Origin: Planctomycetota bacterium
GTDB lineage: Bacteria > Planctomycetota > UBA1135 > UBA2386
DNA: 64,000 nucleotides
Direction: 5' to 3'
Assembly (NCBI GenBank): GCA_046290465.1
Contig: JBKAGP010000001.1
Location: 448,001-512,000, forward strand
The position numbers and the translations under genes are program-made. Below the pieces are notes generated by a model. The model was not told where the DNA came from. It did no database searches and was given only the letters and a program-made list of their open reading frames with translations. This document shows, one piece after another, positions 29,877-38,487 of this stretch. Position 1 is the stretch's first letter. Each line of letters opens with the position of its first letter.

Positions 29877-30308
29877 ATGGCCGAAATCCACCTGCGCATC
29901 GTCACCCCCGACCGCACCATCGTCGACCGCAAGGTCGCCTCGGTGTCGTTCGTCGGCACCGACGGCCGCTACGGCATCCTGCCGCGCCACGCGCCGCTGA
30001 TGACCGGCATCGCGCAAAGCGGCACGGCGACGATCGTCGAGACCGACGGCAAGTCGGCCGAGATGTTCATCAGCGACGGCTTCGCGCAGGTGCAGCACAA
30101 CGTGCTGACGCTGGTCTGCGAAGCCGGTGAGTTCGCCCACGAGATCGACATGGATCGCGTCAAGGCGAAGGAGCAGGAGGCGCGCGAGAAGCTCGCCAAC
30201 CTCGACAAGCTCAGCGAGGAGTTCCTGAAGGCCGAGGCTTCGCTCCGCAAGGCGCTCGCTCGCGAACGGCTGGCCCGCCGGGCCTCGGGCACCGGCAGCC
30301 TCAGCTAG
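29877..30308 (+). CDS. atpC: ATP synthase F1 subunit epsilon
   Basis: LRIVTPDR, GILPRHAP, ISDGFA. Confidence 0.95.
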   Translation: MAEIHLRIVTPDRTIVDRKVASVSFVGTDGRYGILPRHAPLMTGIAQSGTATIVETDGKSAEMFISDGFAQVQHNVLTLVCEAGEFAHEIDMDRVKAKEQEAREKLANLDKLSEEFLKAEASLRKALARERLARRASGTGSLS

Positions 30309-30531
30309 GCAGCCCTCACAGCAGCCGCGCACGGTCCGCATCGCAGCGGGCATCGCAGCTGGTTTGGTCCTTCGGCGTGGGGGGGCCTTCATCGTGGGGA
30401 ACTTCCCGCAGCCGTGCCCCCGCGACCACGGCCGCCGGAGGCCGCGCGGGACCTCGTTGACGTCGGGAATTCCCGCAGGTTCGCGGTGCGTATGCAGGCC
30501 GGCCAACGCCCGGGCCGATAAGGGGCCGGGC

Positions 30532-31620
30532 ATGACTTCTCGCGCTGCAAAGATCCGGGTCCTGGTGGTGGATCGCGATCCGGAACTGCGGCACGGCCTG
30601 GCGACGAGACTGGGGAGACACCCCTACCTCGAAGTGATCGGCACGGCCTCCGGTGCGCAGACCGCGCTGCCGAAGATCGCCGCCTACCGACCGGACTGGG
30701 TGATCATCGACCTGTCCGAGGACCCGCAGGGCGGCCTCGGCATGCTCGAGGTCATGCAGGAGGCCCGCGTCGACTCGCGCCGCGCGGTGATCACCGGCCA
30801 GGTCGGGACCCAGGCCGCCGAACTGGCCGCGCAGGCGCGCGCCTGCGGGGTCGCCGCGGTGGTGCGCCGCGAGCCGCATCTGGTCGGACGCGACCTGACC
30901 GAACGGCTCGGCAGCGACCTGCTGACGCCGATCCTGCGCGCGGCCGGGGCGCGGCCGTTCCAGGGCCAGGACGCCGGCGGGTCGGCCGGTCGCAGCGCCG
31001 GCCGCCACGGGACGAGCCCGTCGGAGGTGGTCGTGCCGAGCCGCGAGGTGCGGGTCGTCGGCCTCGGCGTCAGCACCGGCGGCCCGGTCGCACTCAACGA
31101 ACTGCTGCCGCAGCTGCCGGCGTCGTTCCCGGTGCCGATCGTGGTCGTGCAGTACATGCCGCCCGGCTTCACCAAGAGCCTGGCGGCATCGCTCGACAAG
31201 ATCTGCGCGCTGTCGGTTCGCGAACTGCAGGGCGGCGAGCCGCTGGTCGGCGGCCAGGTGCTGATCGCGCCCGGTGGCCGCCACGCGCGGGTCGCGCGCG
31301 GCAATCCACAACCGGTCGTGCGCGTCACCGACGACCCGCCGGAGTGCTCGTGCCGGCCGTCGGTCGACTACCTGTTCCGTTCGCTCGCCGACACCTACGG
31401 CCGCGCGGTGCTCGGCGTGATGCTGACCGGCATGGGCGAGGACGGCTGGATGGGCTCGCGCGCGATCCACGACGCGGGCGGCGTGCTGCTGGCGCAGGAC
31501 GAGGCCAGCTCCGCCGTCTACGGCATGCCGCGCGGGCCGATCGAAGCCGGCATCGCGCGCGCCGTGCCGCTGTCGCAGATGGCGCAGGCGATCTTCGACC
31601 AGCTCGGAGGTGCGCGATGA
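30532..31620 (+). CDS. cheB: CheB-like protein (degenerate REC + methylesterase domain; catalytic His replaced by Tyr)
   Basis: GVSTGGP, QYMPPGFT, RPSVDYLF, LTGMGEDG, AQDE..VYGMP. Confidence 0.88.
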   Translation: MTSRAAKIRVLVVDRDPELRHGLATRLGRHPYLEVIGTASGAQTALPKIAAYRPDWVIIDLSEDPQGGLGMLEVMQEARVDSRRAVITGQVGTQAAELAAQARACGVAAVVRREPHLVGRDLTERLGSDLLTPILRAAGARPFQGQDAGGSAGRSAGRHGTSPSEVVVPSREVRVVGLGVSTGGPVALNELLPQLPASFPVPIVVVQYMPPGFTKSLAASLDKICALSVRELQGGEPLVGGQVLIAPGGRHARVARGNPQPVVRVTDDPPECSCRPSVDYLFRSLADTYGRAVLGVMLTGMGEDGWMGSRAIHDAGGVLLAQDEASSAVYGMPRGPIEAGIARAVPLSQMAQAIFDQLGGAR

Positions 31621-32471
31621 AGCTGCGCGCCGGCGAGATGAAGTTGATGGAGCAGCTGGTGCTGCAGCTGTCCGGCGTGTCGCTCGACGCGTCGAAGGCC
31701 TATCTGATCGAGACGCGCCTCGGCCACCTCGCCGATCGCGCCGGGTGCAGCAACTTCAACGAGCTGTACTTCCGGCTGCGCCACGGCGGCGACCCGGCGC
31801 TGGTTTGCGAGGTCGTCGACGCGATCACGACGCACGAGACCACCTGGTTCCGCGACGGCGCGCCGTTCGACGCGCTCGAGCAGCGGCTGTTGCCCGACCT
31901 GATCGAACGGGCCCGCGGCCGCGGCTCGCGGCGGCTGCGCATCTGGAGTGCCGCCTGCAGCTCCGGCCAGGAGCCGTACTCGCTGGCGATGCTGCTGCAC
32001 GAACGGCTGCCCGACGCCGCCGACTGGGACGTGCAGATCCTGGCGACGGACATCAGCGAAGGCACCCTGGAGCGCGCCCGCGAGGCGGTCTACTCACCGC
32101 TCGAGATGGGCCGCACGAGCCGGCCGCCGCTGATGCGCCGCTACTTCGAACGCGCCGGCTCCGGCAGCCGGCCGATCGCCTCGGTGCGCGCGATGGTCGA
32201 CTTCCGCCAGCGCAACCTGCTGCTGCCGATCAGCGGCATCGGCCCGTTCGACCTGGTGCTGCTGCGCAACGTGCTGATCTACTTCGAGCCCGACACCCGT
32301 CGCAGCATCGTGCAGCGCGTCGCGCGCGTGATGGCGCCGCACGGCTACCTGATGGTGGGCGGCTCCGAGAGCCTGCGCGACTGCGGCCCGCAGTTCCAGC
32401 CGCGGAGCTGCTGCGGCGCGGCCGTCTACCAGCCCAACGCGCAGCCGCCGGCGCCGACGAACGGCCGCTGA
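31617..32471 (+). CDS. cheR: Protein-glutamate O-methyltransferase CheR
   Basis: TTHETTWFRD, IWSAACSSGQEPYS, ATDIS, RNVLIYF; ATGA overlap with cheB. Confidence 0.92.
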   Translation: MKLRAGEMKLMEQLVLQLSGVSLDASKAYLIETRLGHLADRAGCSNFNELYFRLRHGGDPALVCEVVDAITTHETTWFRDGAPFDALEQRLLPDLIERARGRGSRRLRIWSAACSSGQEPYSLAMLLHERLPDAADWDVQILATDISEGTLERAREAVYSPLEMGRTSRPPLMRRYFERAGSGSRPIASVRAMVDFRQRNLLLPISGIGPFDLVLLRNVLIYFEPDTRRSIVQRVARVMAPHGYLMVGGSESLRDCGPQFQPRSCCGAAVYQPNAQPPAPTNGR

Positions 32472-32555
32472 GCGACCTGAATCGGAGCCCAGGCGCCGCG
32501 ATCCGTGACCCATCGGCGCACAGCCGCTAGATTGACCCGCCCGAACCCGCGATCC

Positions 32556-33725
32556 ATGACCATGAATCTGATCAGCAACGTCACCCGCACCTGCCTGCTC
32601 GCCGCGACCGGCCTGCTCGCCTCCCATGCCATCTGCCAGGACGCCACCGACGCCAAGCAGGGCGGCATCCCGGAGTGCAAGGAGATGAAGAAGACCGAGT
32701 CCGGACTCGAGTGGGGGATCCTGAAGAAGGGCTCTGACGAAGCCGGACCGGTAGACGGCGACACGGTTGAAGTGCACTACACCGGTTGGCTGACCAACGG
32801 CACCAAGTTCGACAGCTCGCGCGACCGCGGCGAGCCGACCCGCTTCGGCGTCAACCAGGTGATCCCGGGCTGGACCGAAGGCCTCAAGCTGATGAAGCCG
32901 GGCATGCGCTGCAAGTTCGTGATCCCGAGCGAACTCGGCTACGGCGACCGCGGCGCCGGCGCGCGCATTCCGCCGAACTCGACGCTGGTGTTCGACGTCG
33001 AGCTGATCAAGGTGATCCGGATGCCGAAGATGAAGCCCGGCAACCCGGACAACCAGAAGACGCTCGAGAACGGCAGCAAGTTCGAGGTCGTCAAGGCGGG
33101 CACGGGCGAAGGGATCGCCGACGGCGACGGCGTGTCGCTGCGCTACGCGATCTGGAAGGCCGACGGCACGCTGCTCGACTGCACCGAGAAGAGCGGCCGC
33201 AAGATGGGCGGCACGCTCGAGTCGCTGCAGTGGCCGTTTTTGAAGGACTTCGTGCAGGGCATGAAGGTCGGCGGCGTGGTCCGCGCCGAGGTGCCGGAGA
33301 AGCTGCTGCCGCAGGCGCGCGCCGACACCGTCTGGGAGATCGAGCTGGTCGCGACCACCAAGCTGCCGAAGTTCCGCCAGCTCGCCAAGGACAAGGTCGT
33401 CACGACCCAGTCGGGCCTGCAGTACGAGGTGATCGAGCAGGGCGAGGGCGACTCGCCCAAGGCGTTTGAGACGGTCGTCGCGCACTACACCGGCTGGCTG
33501 ACCGACGGCACCACGTTCGACAGCTCGCACGCCCGCGGCGAGCCGACGTCGTTCCCGCTCAACCGCGTCATCGGCGGCTGGACCGAAGGCCTGCAGCTGA
33601 TGAAGCCGGGCGGCAAGTTCCTGTTCCAGATCCCGCCGGAGCTCGGCTACGGCGCCCGCCAGAGCGGCAAGATCCCGCCGAACTCGACGCTGATCTTCCT
33701 GGTCGAGCTGGTCGAGGTGAAGTAG
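32556..33725 (+). CDS. Exported FKBP-type peptidyl-prolyl isomerase with three FKBP-like domains
   Basis: Two intact HYTGWLT.GT.FDSS...GWTEGL..M...IP.ELGYG domains around a degenerate middle one; signal peptide. Confidence 0.92.
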   Translation: MTMNLISNVTRTCLLAATGLLASHAICQDATDAKQGGIPECKEMKKTESGLEWGILKKGSDEAGPVDGDTVEVHYTGWLTNGTKFDSSRDRGEPTRFGVNQVIPGWTEGLKLMKPGMRCKFVIPSELGYGDRGAGARIPPNSTLVFDVELIKVIRMPKMKPGNPDNQKTLENGSKFEVVKAGTGEGIADGDGVSLRYAIWKADGTLLDCTEKSGRKMGGTLESLQWPFLKDFVQGMKVGGVVRAEVPEKLLPQARADTVWEIELVATTKLPKFRQLAKDKVVTTQSGLQYEVIEQGEGDSPKAFETVVAHYTGWLTDGTTFDSSHARGEPTSFPLNRVIGGWTEGLQLMKPGGKFLFQIPPELGYGARQSGKIPPNSTLIFLVELVEVK

Positions 33726-33747
33726 CGACCAGCCGACGGGCCTGCTG

Positions 33748-33779
33748 GTCACGACGGCCCGTCACGACGGCCCGTCACG
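33748..33779. repeat. Tandem repeat, 2.5 x 13 bp (GTCACGACGGCCC), includes the stop of the rlmN-like gene
   Basis: Units at 33748 and 33761, partial at 33774. Confidence 0.75.
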
Positions 33780-34836
33780 CCAGCTCGGTACCGCCGAGCT
33801 GCCCGCAGCCGCCCATCACCGAACGGCCCTTGGTGATCCGGCGACGCACGGCGACGCCGTGCGCGCGCAGCCAGCCGGCGAAGCGCGCGATCTCCACTTC
33901 CGTCGGCGGCCGCGCGATCGGCGCGCTGCCCGGGTTGTAGGGGATCAGGTGCAAGAACGTGCGGCCGAGCGGCTGCACGAACGCGGCGATGCGGGCGGCG
34001 TCGGCTTCGGTGTCGTTGATGCCGGGGAGCAGGCACCAGTGCACGCCCAGGGCCGTGTTCTTGCGGCGGCGGAAGCGCACCAGCGCCTGCTGGATCTCGG
34101 CCAGCGAGTAGCGCACCGAGTGCGGCATGATCGCCGCCCGCTGCCGGTCGTCGGCGTGGTTGAGGCTGAGCGACAGGTTGAGGCGCTTGTAGCCGAGTTC
34201 GCGCAGCGCGTCGATGCCGGGCACGTGGCCGACCGTGCAGACCGTCAGTTTGTCCTGCGCGAACGCGAGGCCGCGCGGGTCGGTCAGCACCGCCAGGGCC
34301 GGCAGCAGGCCGTCGAGGTTGTCGAGCGGTTCGCCCATGCCCTGGAACACGATCGTGTCCGGCAGCGTGCCGGTGCATCGCCGGTCGACCACGACCTGCG
34401 CGACGATCTCGGCGGCCGACAGGTTGCGCAGCAGCGAGAGGCGGCCGGTCTCGCAGAACGTGCAGGCGCGGGCGCAGCCGACCTGGGTCGACACGCACAG
34501 CGAACGGCGGCCGCGGCCCATCGGCAGCGACACGCTCTCGATCGTGCGCCCGTCGCGCAGCCGCAGCGCGCGCTTCTGCAGGCTGCCGTGCTCGGCCTGC
34601 TCGCGCTGCTCCGCGACGACCTCGGGCAGGGCCAGCGTCGCGTGGCGGCGCCACACCGACGCCGCCCGCGGGCCGGCGCCGAGCCGTTCGGGATCGAACC
34701 TGCCGTGCTGCACCGCGGTGCGGTGCACGTCGGCGGCGAAGCCGGCTCCCTTGGCGTCGCCGAACCACGTCGCCGCCGCCTCGCGCAGCGCGGCGGAGGT
34801 CGTTCCGAGCAGGTCGAGGGGGCAGGATCGGGTCAT
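33775..34836 (-). CDS. rlmN: RlmN/Cfr-family radical SAM RNA methyltransferase
   Basis: IESV, LCVSTQVGCARACTFC, QGMGEP, PGIND, LIPYN, CGQL. Confidence 0.85.
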   Translation of the reverse strand: MTRSCPLDLLGTTSAALREAAATWFGDAKGAGFAADVHRTAVQHGRFDPERLGAGPRAASVWRRHATLALPEVVAEQREQAEHGSLQKRALRLRDGRTIESVSLPMGRGRRSLCVSTQVGCARACTFCETGRLSLLRNLSAAEIVAQVVVDRRCTGTLPDTIVFQGMGEPLDNLDGLLPALAVLTDPRGLAFAQDKLTVCTVGHVPGIDALRELGYKRLNLSLSLNHADDRQRAAIMPHSVRYSLAEIQQALVRFRRRKNTALGVHWCLLPGINDTEADAARIAAFVQPLGRTFLHLIPYNPGSAPIARPPTEVEIARFAGWLRAHGVAVRRRITKGRSVMGGCGQLGGTELA

Positions 34837-34982
34837 CGATTCGCACGCAAGGATCGCGGCGCCAGAGGATAGCGACCGCAGCGCCGATGCGGTCCTCCGC
34901 TCAGCTTGGGATGGCAAAGTAATCGCTGTTCCGAAGAAAAAGGTGCCCACGGCGGGTCGGCGATCGGGCAAGATCCGCGGCC

Positions 34983-35789
34983 ATGGCGACGACTCCTGAG
35001 TCGAGTGCGGCGCCCGGCGACGAAGCCGGGGCCGCTCCTCCCGACGCGGCGGCGGTGCTCGAGGCCCGTTCGGTGTTCCGGCTTCGGCACGTCGAGGGGC
35101 GCGAGATGCCGATCGTGCGCGACGTCAGCTTCACGCTGCAGAAGGGCGAGTTCGCGACGATCATGGGCCCGTCGGGCTCGGGCAAGTCGACGCTGCTGCA
35201 CCTGCTGGCAGGTCTCGATCGGCCGTCGGCCGGCCAGGTGCTGGTCGGCGGCGAGGACCTCGGCGGCGGCGACGAGGAGTACCGCGCCGCGGTGCGACGC
35301 CGCAAGATCGGCTTCATCTTCCAGTTCTTCCACCTGCTGCCGGACCTGACCGTCGAGGAGAACATCACGCTGCCGCTGCGCATCCTCGGCCAGAGTCCGC
35401 GCAAGCACCGCGAACGCGTCGACAGCCTGTGCGACCTGCTCGGCGTCGAGAAGCTGCGCGGCCGCCAGCCGTCGGCGCTGTCGGGTGGCGAGATGCAGCG
35501 CGTCTCGATCGCGCGCGCGCTGGTCACACAGCCGCCGCTGGTGCTCGCCGACGAGCCGACCGGCAACCTGTCGAGCAAGGCCGGAGAAGAGGTGATCACG
35601 CTGCTGCGCGACGTCTGCACGCGGCTCGGCGCGACGATCCTGTTGGTCACGCACAACCCGCGCGATGCCGCCGCCGGCGACCGCGTGTTGTTCCTGCACG
35701 ATGGTGCGCTGCTGCAACAAGCCGAACTGAAGGGTGGGCCGTTCGATGTCGCTGACGTCTTTCATCGTCTCCAGGAACTGGGCGTCTAG
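34983..35789 (+). CDS. ABC transporter ATP-binding protein (LolD/MacB-like)
   Basis: GPSGSGKST, LSGGEMQRV, LADEPTGNL, VTH. Confidence 0.93.
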   Translation: MATTPESSAAPGDEAGAAPPDAAAVLEARSVFRLRHVEGREMPIVRDVSFTLQKGEFATIMGPSGSGKSTLLHLLAGLDRPSAGQVLVGGEDLGGGDEEYRAAVRRRKIGFIFQFFHLLPDLTVEENITLPLRILGQSPRKHRERVDSLCDLLGVEKLRGRQPSALSGGEMQRVSIARALVTQPPLVLADEPTGNLSSKAGEEVITLLRDVCTRLGATILLVTHNPRDAAAGDRVLFLHDGALLQQAELKGGPFDVADVFHRLQELGV

Positions 35790-38352
35790 CTGGCTGCGCA
35801 TCCTGCTGACCCTGGTCGGCATCGCGCTCGGCGTGGCGATCGTGGTGGCCATCTACGTGATGGACTTCAACACGATCCAGAGCCGGCTGCTGCAGCAGGA
35901 TCCGCAGCGTGGCTGGGTCGATCTCGAGGTGCTGCCGAAGGCGGCCGACGTCGCGGTCGCCGACGTGCGCGCCGACCTGCTCGCCCACGAAGGCGTGCAG
36001 GACGTCGCGACCTGGCGCGAGGCGCGCGGCGTCGCGGTCGGACCGGGGCTGCCGCTGCCGCTGTCGGTGTTCGGCCTCGGCCCGCTGCCGGCCAGGTCGT
36101 TCGCGCACTACGCCGTCAACCGCGGCCGGGACCTCGACGAACGCGATGCGCAGGCCGAACGGCCCGGCATCCTGCTCGGCGGCGAAGCCGCGCACCTGCT
36201 CGGCGTCGACGTCGGCGACGTGCTGGAGCTCGGCGAACCGCCGCCGCAGCAGCGCGTCGAGTGCAAGGACGGCGAACTGGTGCCGGTCCCGGTGCCGGCC
36301 GGACGGCAGCGGTTCGCGGCCCGGGTCGAGGTCGTCGGCGTGCTCGAGCACCAGAAGCTCGGCAAGCGCGCGGCCGGCCTGATGGCGGTCACGGCGCTGC
36401 CGCTGGCCGAGCAGCTGCGGCCGGTCGGCGGCAGCCTGTTCCACATCCTGCGGCGACCGGGCACCGACCTCGATCGGCTGCGCCAGGACCTGCGCGGTGA
36501 CTACACGGTGCAGGACGTGCGCGGCGCGATGATCGGCGAAGGCGCCGACGAGCGTGCGTTCCGCAACGGCCTGAAGGTGCTGGGCGGGCTGGCGCTGCTG
36601 CTCGGCATGTACGTGGTGTTCCAGACGCTGTCGCACTCGCTGGTCGCGCGCATCCGGCAGCTCGGCCTGCTGCGCTGCCTGGGCACCGGCACCGGCGCGA
36701 TCACCCGCATCTTCCTGCTCGACGCGCTGATGCTCGGCGTGATCGGTTCGCTGATCGGGGTCGGCCTCGGCCTGGTGCTGGCGCTGTGGCTGCAGAGCAA
36801 GCGCGTCAGCTCGCTGGGCCTGGGCAAGGAGTGGGCGACGTTCGACGTACCGTGGTTCCCGGTGCTGTGGACCGCCGGGCTCGGCGTGCTGTTCACGCTG
36901 GCCGGCGCGATGTTCCCGCTGGTGCGCGCCCGCCAGGTGCCGGCGCTCGACATCCTGCGCGCGCGCGGCATGGCGCCGGGCAACGACGACGGCGTCGACC
37001 TGCTGAAGGGCGTGCACCTGTGGATGTTCGGCCTGCTGGTGCTGGCGCTGCCGCTCGCATACCTGGCGATGACGCCGCTGGCGGTCGAGGAGGGCAAGGA
37101 GACCCGCACGGTGTTGCTCGAACTGGCCGGCATGCTCGGCCTGTTCGGCGGCGTGCTGCTGCTGGCACCCGGGCTGACGACGATGCTGGGGCGGGCGATG
37201 CTGCTGCCGTTCCGCGCGTTCTCGCCGATGGCGACGTGGCTGGTCGACAAGGTGCTGAAGCGCGCCGGTGGTCGGGTGTCGGCGGCGGTGTGTGGCCTGT
37301 CGGCGGTGATGCTCGCGACGCTAGGCCTCAAGACGCTGACCGGTTCGCTCGAGGCCGAGGTGCGGCAGTTCGGCGGCGCGGCGCTGCGCGACGTGCTGAT
37401 CGTGCAGTGCGAACCGACCACCGCCGAGAACGCGCAGCAGCTGGCCGAGGTCGACGGCGTGCGGCGCGTCGACGCGTTCGAGGGCGAGGTGCGCAGCGGC
37501 GGCTTCCTGCTGCGCGGCCTGTCGGTCGAGAGCGCCGGGGGTGCCGATGGGCCGCTCGAGGGCCACGCCGGCGCGCTGCGTCGCTACGTCGATCCGCGCG
37601 TGCGCACGCTGGTCGCGAGCCAGCGGCTGGCCCGTTCGCGCGAGTGGCGGCAGGGCGACCTGGTAGCGCTGCGCGACAAGAACGGCACGCCGGTCAGCTA
37701 CGAGGTGCTGCTGCTCAGCGACCGGGCCGGCTTCGACAGCGACGAGCGCGCGTTCGCGATCTGCTCGCCGCACTGGCTGCGACGCGACTTCTGCATCGGC
37801 GATCGGTGCGTCGAGCTGATCACGCTGCGGCTCGATCCGGCCGCCAACGTCGACAAGGTGCGCGCGGCTGCGCGCGCGACCCTGCCGGACCTGCGTCGCA
37901 ACAAGACCGGCAAGGAGATCGAGTCCTACCTGTTCCGCGACGTCGGCCGCGACTTCAAGCTGTTCGACCTGCTGTTGCTGCTGATGCTGGCGCTGGCTGG
38001 CGTCGGCCTGCTCAACGGCATGACGATCGCCGCGCTCGGCCGCGCCCGCGAACTCGGCGTGCTGCGCGCGCTCGGCATCCAGCGCAACGCGCTCGGCGGC
38101 AGCTTCCTGATCGAGGGCGCCGTCGTCGCCGGCCTCGCCAGCGTGCTGTCGCTCGGACTGTGCGTGCCGCTCGGCAAGGTCCTGGTGTTCGGCATGAACG
38201 CCGTCGCCCGCCTCGACGCGCCGCTGACGGTGCCGTGGGACTGGTTCGTCTACGTGCCCCTGCTCGGCTTTACGACCGCCGTGCTCGCGGCACTCGTGCC
38301 CGCCTGGCGCGCCCTCCGCCAGAGCCCCAGCGAGTCCGTGCGCTACGAGTGA
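35746..38352 (+). CDS. ABC transporter permease, duplicated FtsX/MacB-type domains
   Basis: LTLVGIALGVA; two R.RQ/ELG.LR.LG motifs; C-terminal PAWRA....P...RYE. Confidence 0.9.
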   Translation: MSLTSFIVSRNWASSWLRILLTLVGIALGVAIVVAIYVMDFNTIQSRLLQQDPQRGWVDLEVLPKAADVAVADVRADLLAHEGVQDVATWREARGVAVGPGLPLPLSVFGLGPLPARSFAHYAVNRGRDLDERDAQAERPGILLGGEAAHLLGVDVGDVLELGEPPPQQRVECKDGELVPVPVPAGRQRFAARVEVVGVLEHQKLGKRAAGLMAVTALPLAEQLRPVGGSLFHILRRPGTDLDRLRQDLRGDYTVQDVRGAMIGEGADERAFRNGLKVLGGLALLLGMYVVFQTLSHSLVARIRQLGLLRCLGTGTGAITRIFLLDALMLGVIGSLIGVGLGLVLALWLQSKRVSSLGLGKEWATFDVPWFPVLWTAGLGVLFTLAGAMFPLVRARQVPALDILRARGMAPGNDDGVDLLKGVHLWMFGLLVLALPLAYLAMTPLAVEEGKETRTVLLELAGMLGLFGGVLLLAPGLTTMLGRAMLLPFRAFSPMATWLVDKVLKRAGGRVSAAVCGLSAVMLATLGLKTLTGSLEAEVRQFGGAALRDVLIVQCEPTTAENAQQLAEVDGVRRVDAFEGEVRSGGFLLRGLSVESAGGADGPLEGHAGALRRYVDPRVRTLVASQRLARSREWRQGDLVALRDKNGTPVSYEVLLLSDRAGFDSDERAFAICSPHWLRRDFCIGDRCVELITLRLDPAANVDKVRAAARATLPDLRRNKTGKEIESYLFRDVGRDFKLFDLLLLLMLALAGVGLLNGMTIAALGRARELGVLRALGIQRNALGGSFLIEGAVVAGLASVLSLGLCVPLGKVLVFGMNAVARLDAPLTVPWDWFVYVPLLGFTTAVLAALVPAWRALRQSPSESVRYE

Positions 38353-38361
38353 CCACCATTG

Positions 38362-38422
38362 CCACCGCATACCGAACCCGGTTCAAGTTGCGCAACTTGC
38401 ACCTGCGGTTCGGTATGCGGTG
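38362..38422. repeat. REP-like repeat forming a 16-bp-arm hairpin
   Basis: 38363-38378 pairs with 38407-38422; the 32-mer matches 17747-17778. Confidence 0.8.
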
Positions 38423-38487
38423 CTGCGGCCGTCGGTGGGGGCGGTTGCTGGAATGCGGTTGCGATCGCGGATACGAACGTCCGCGAA

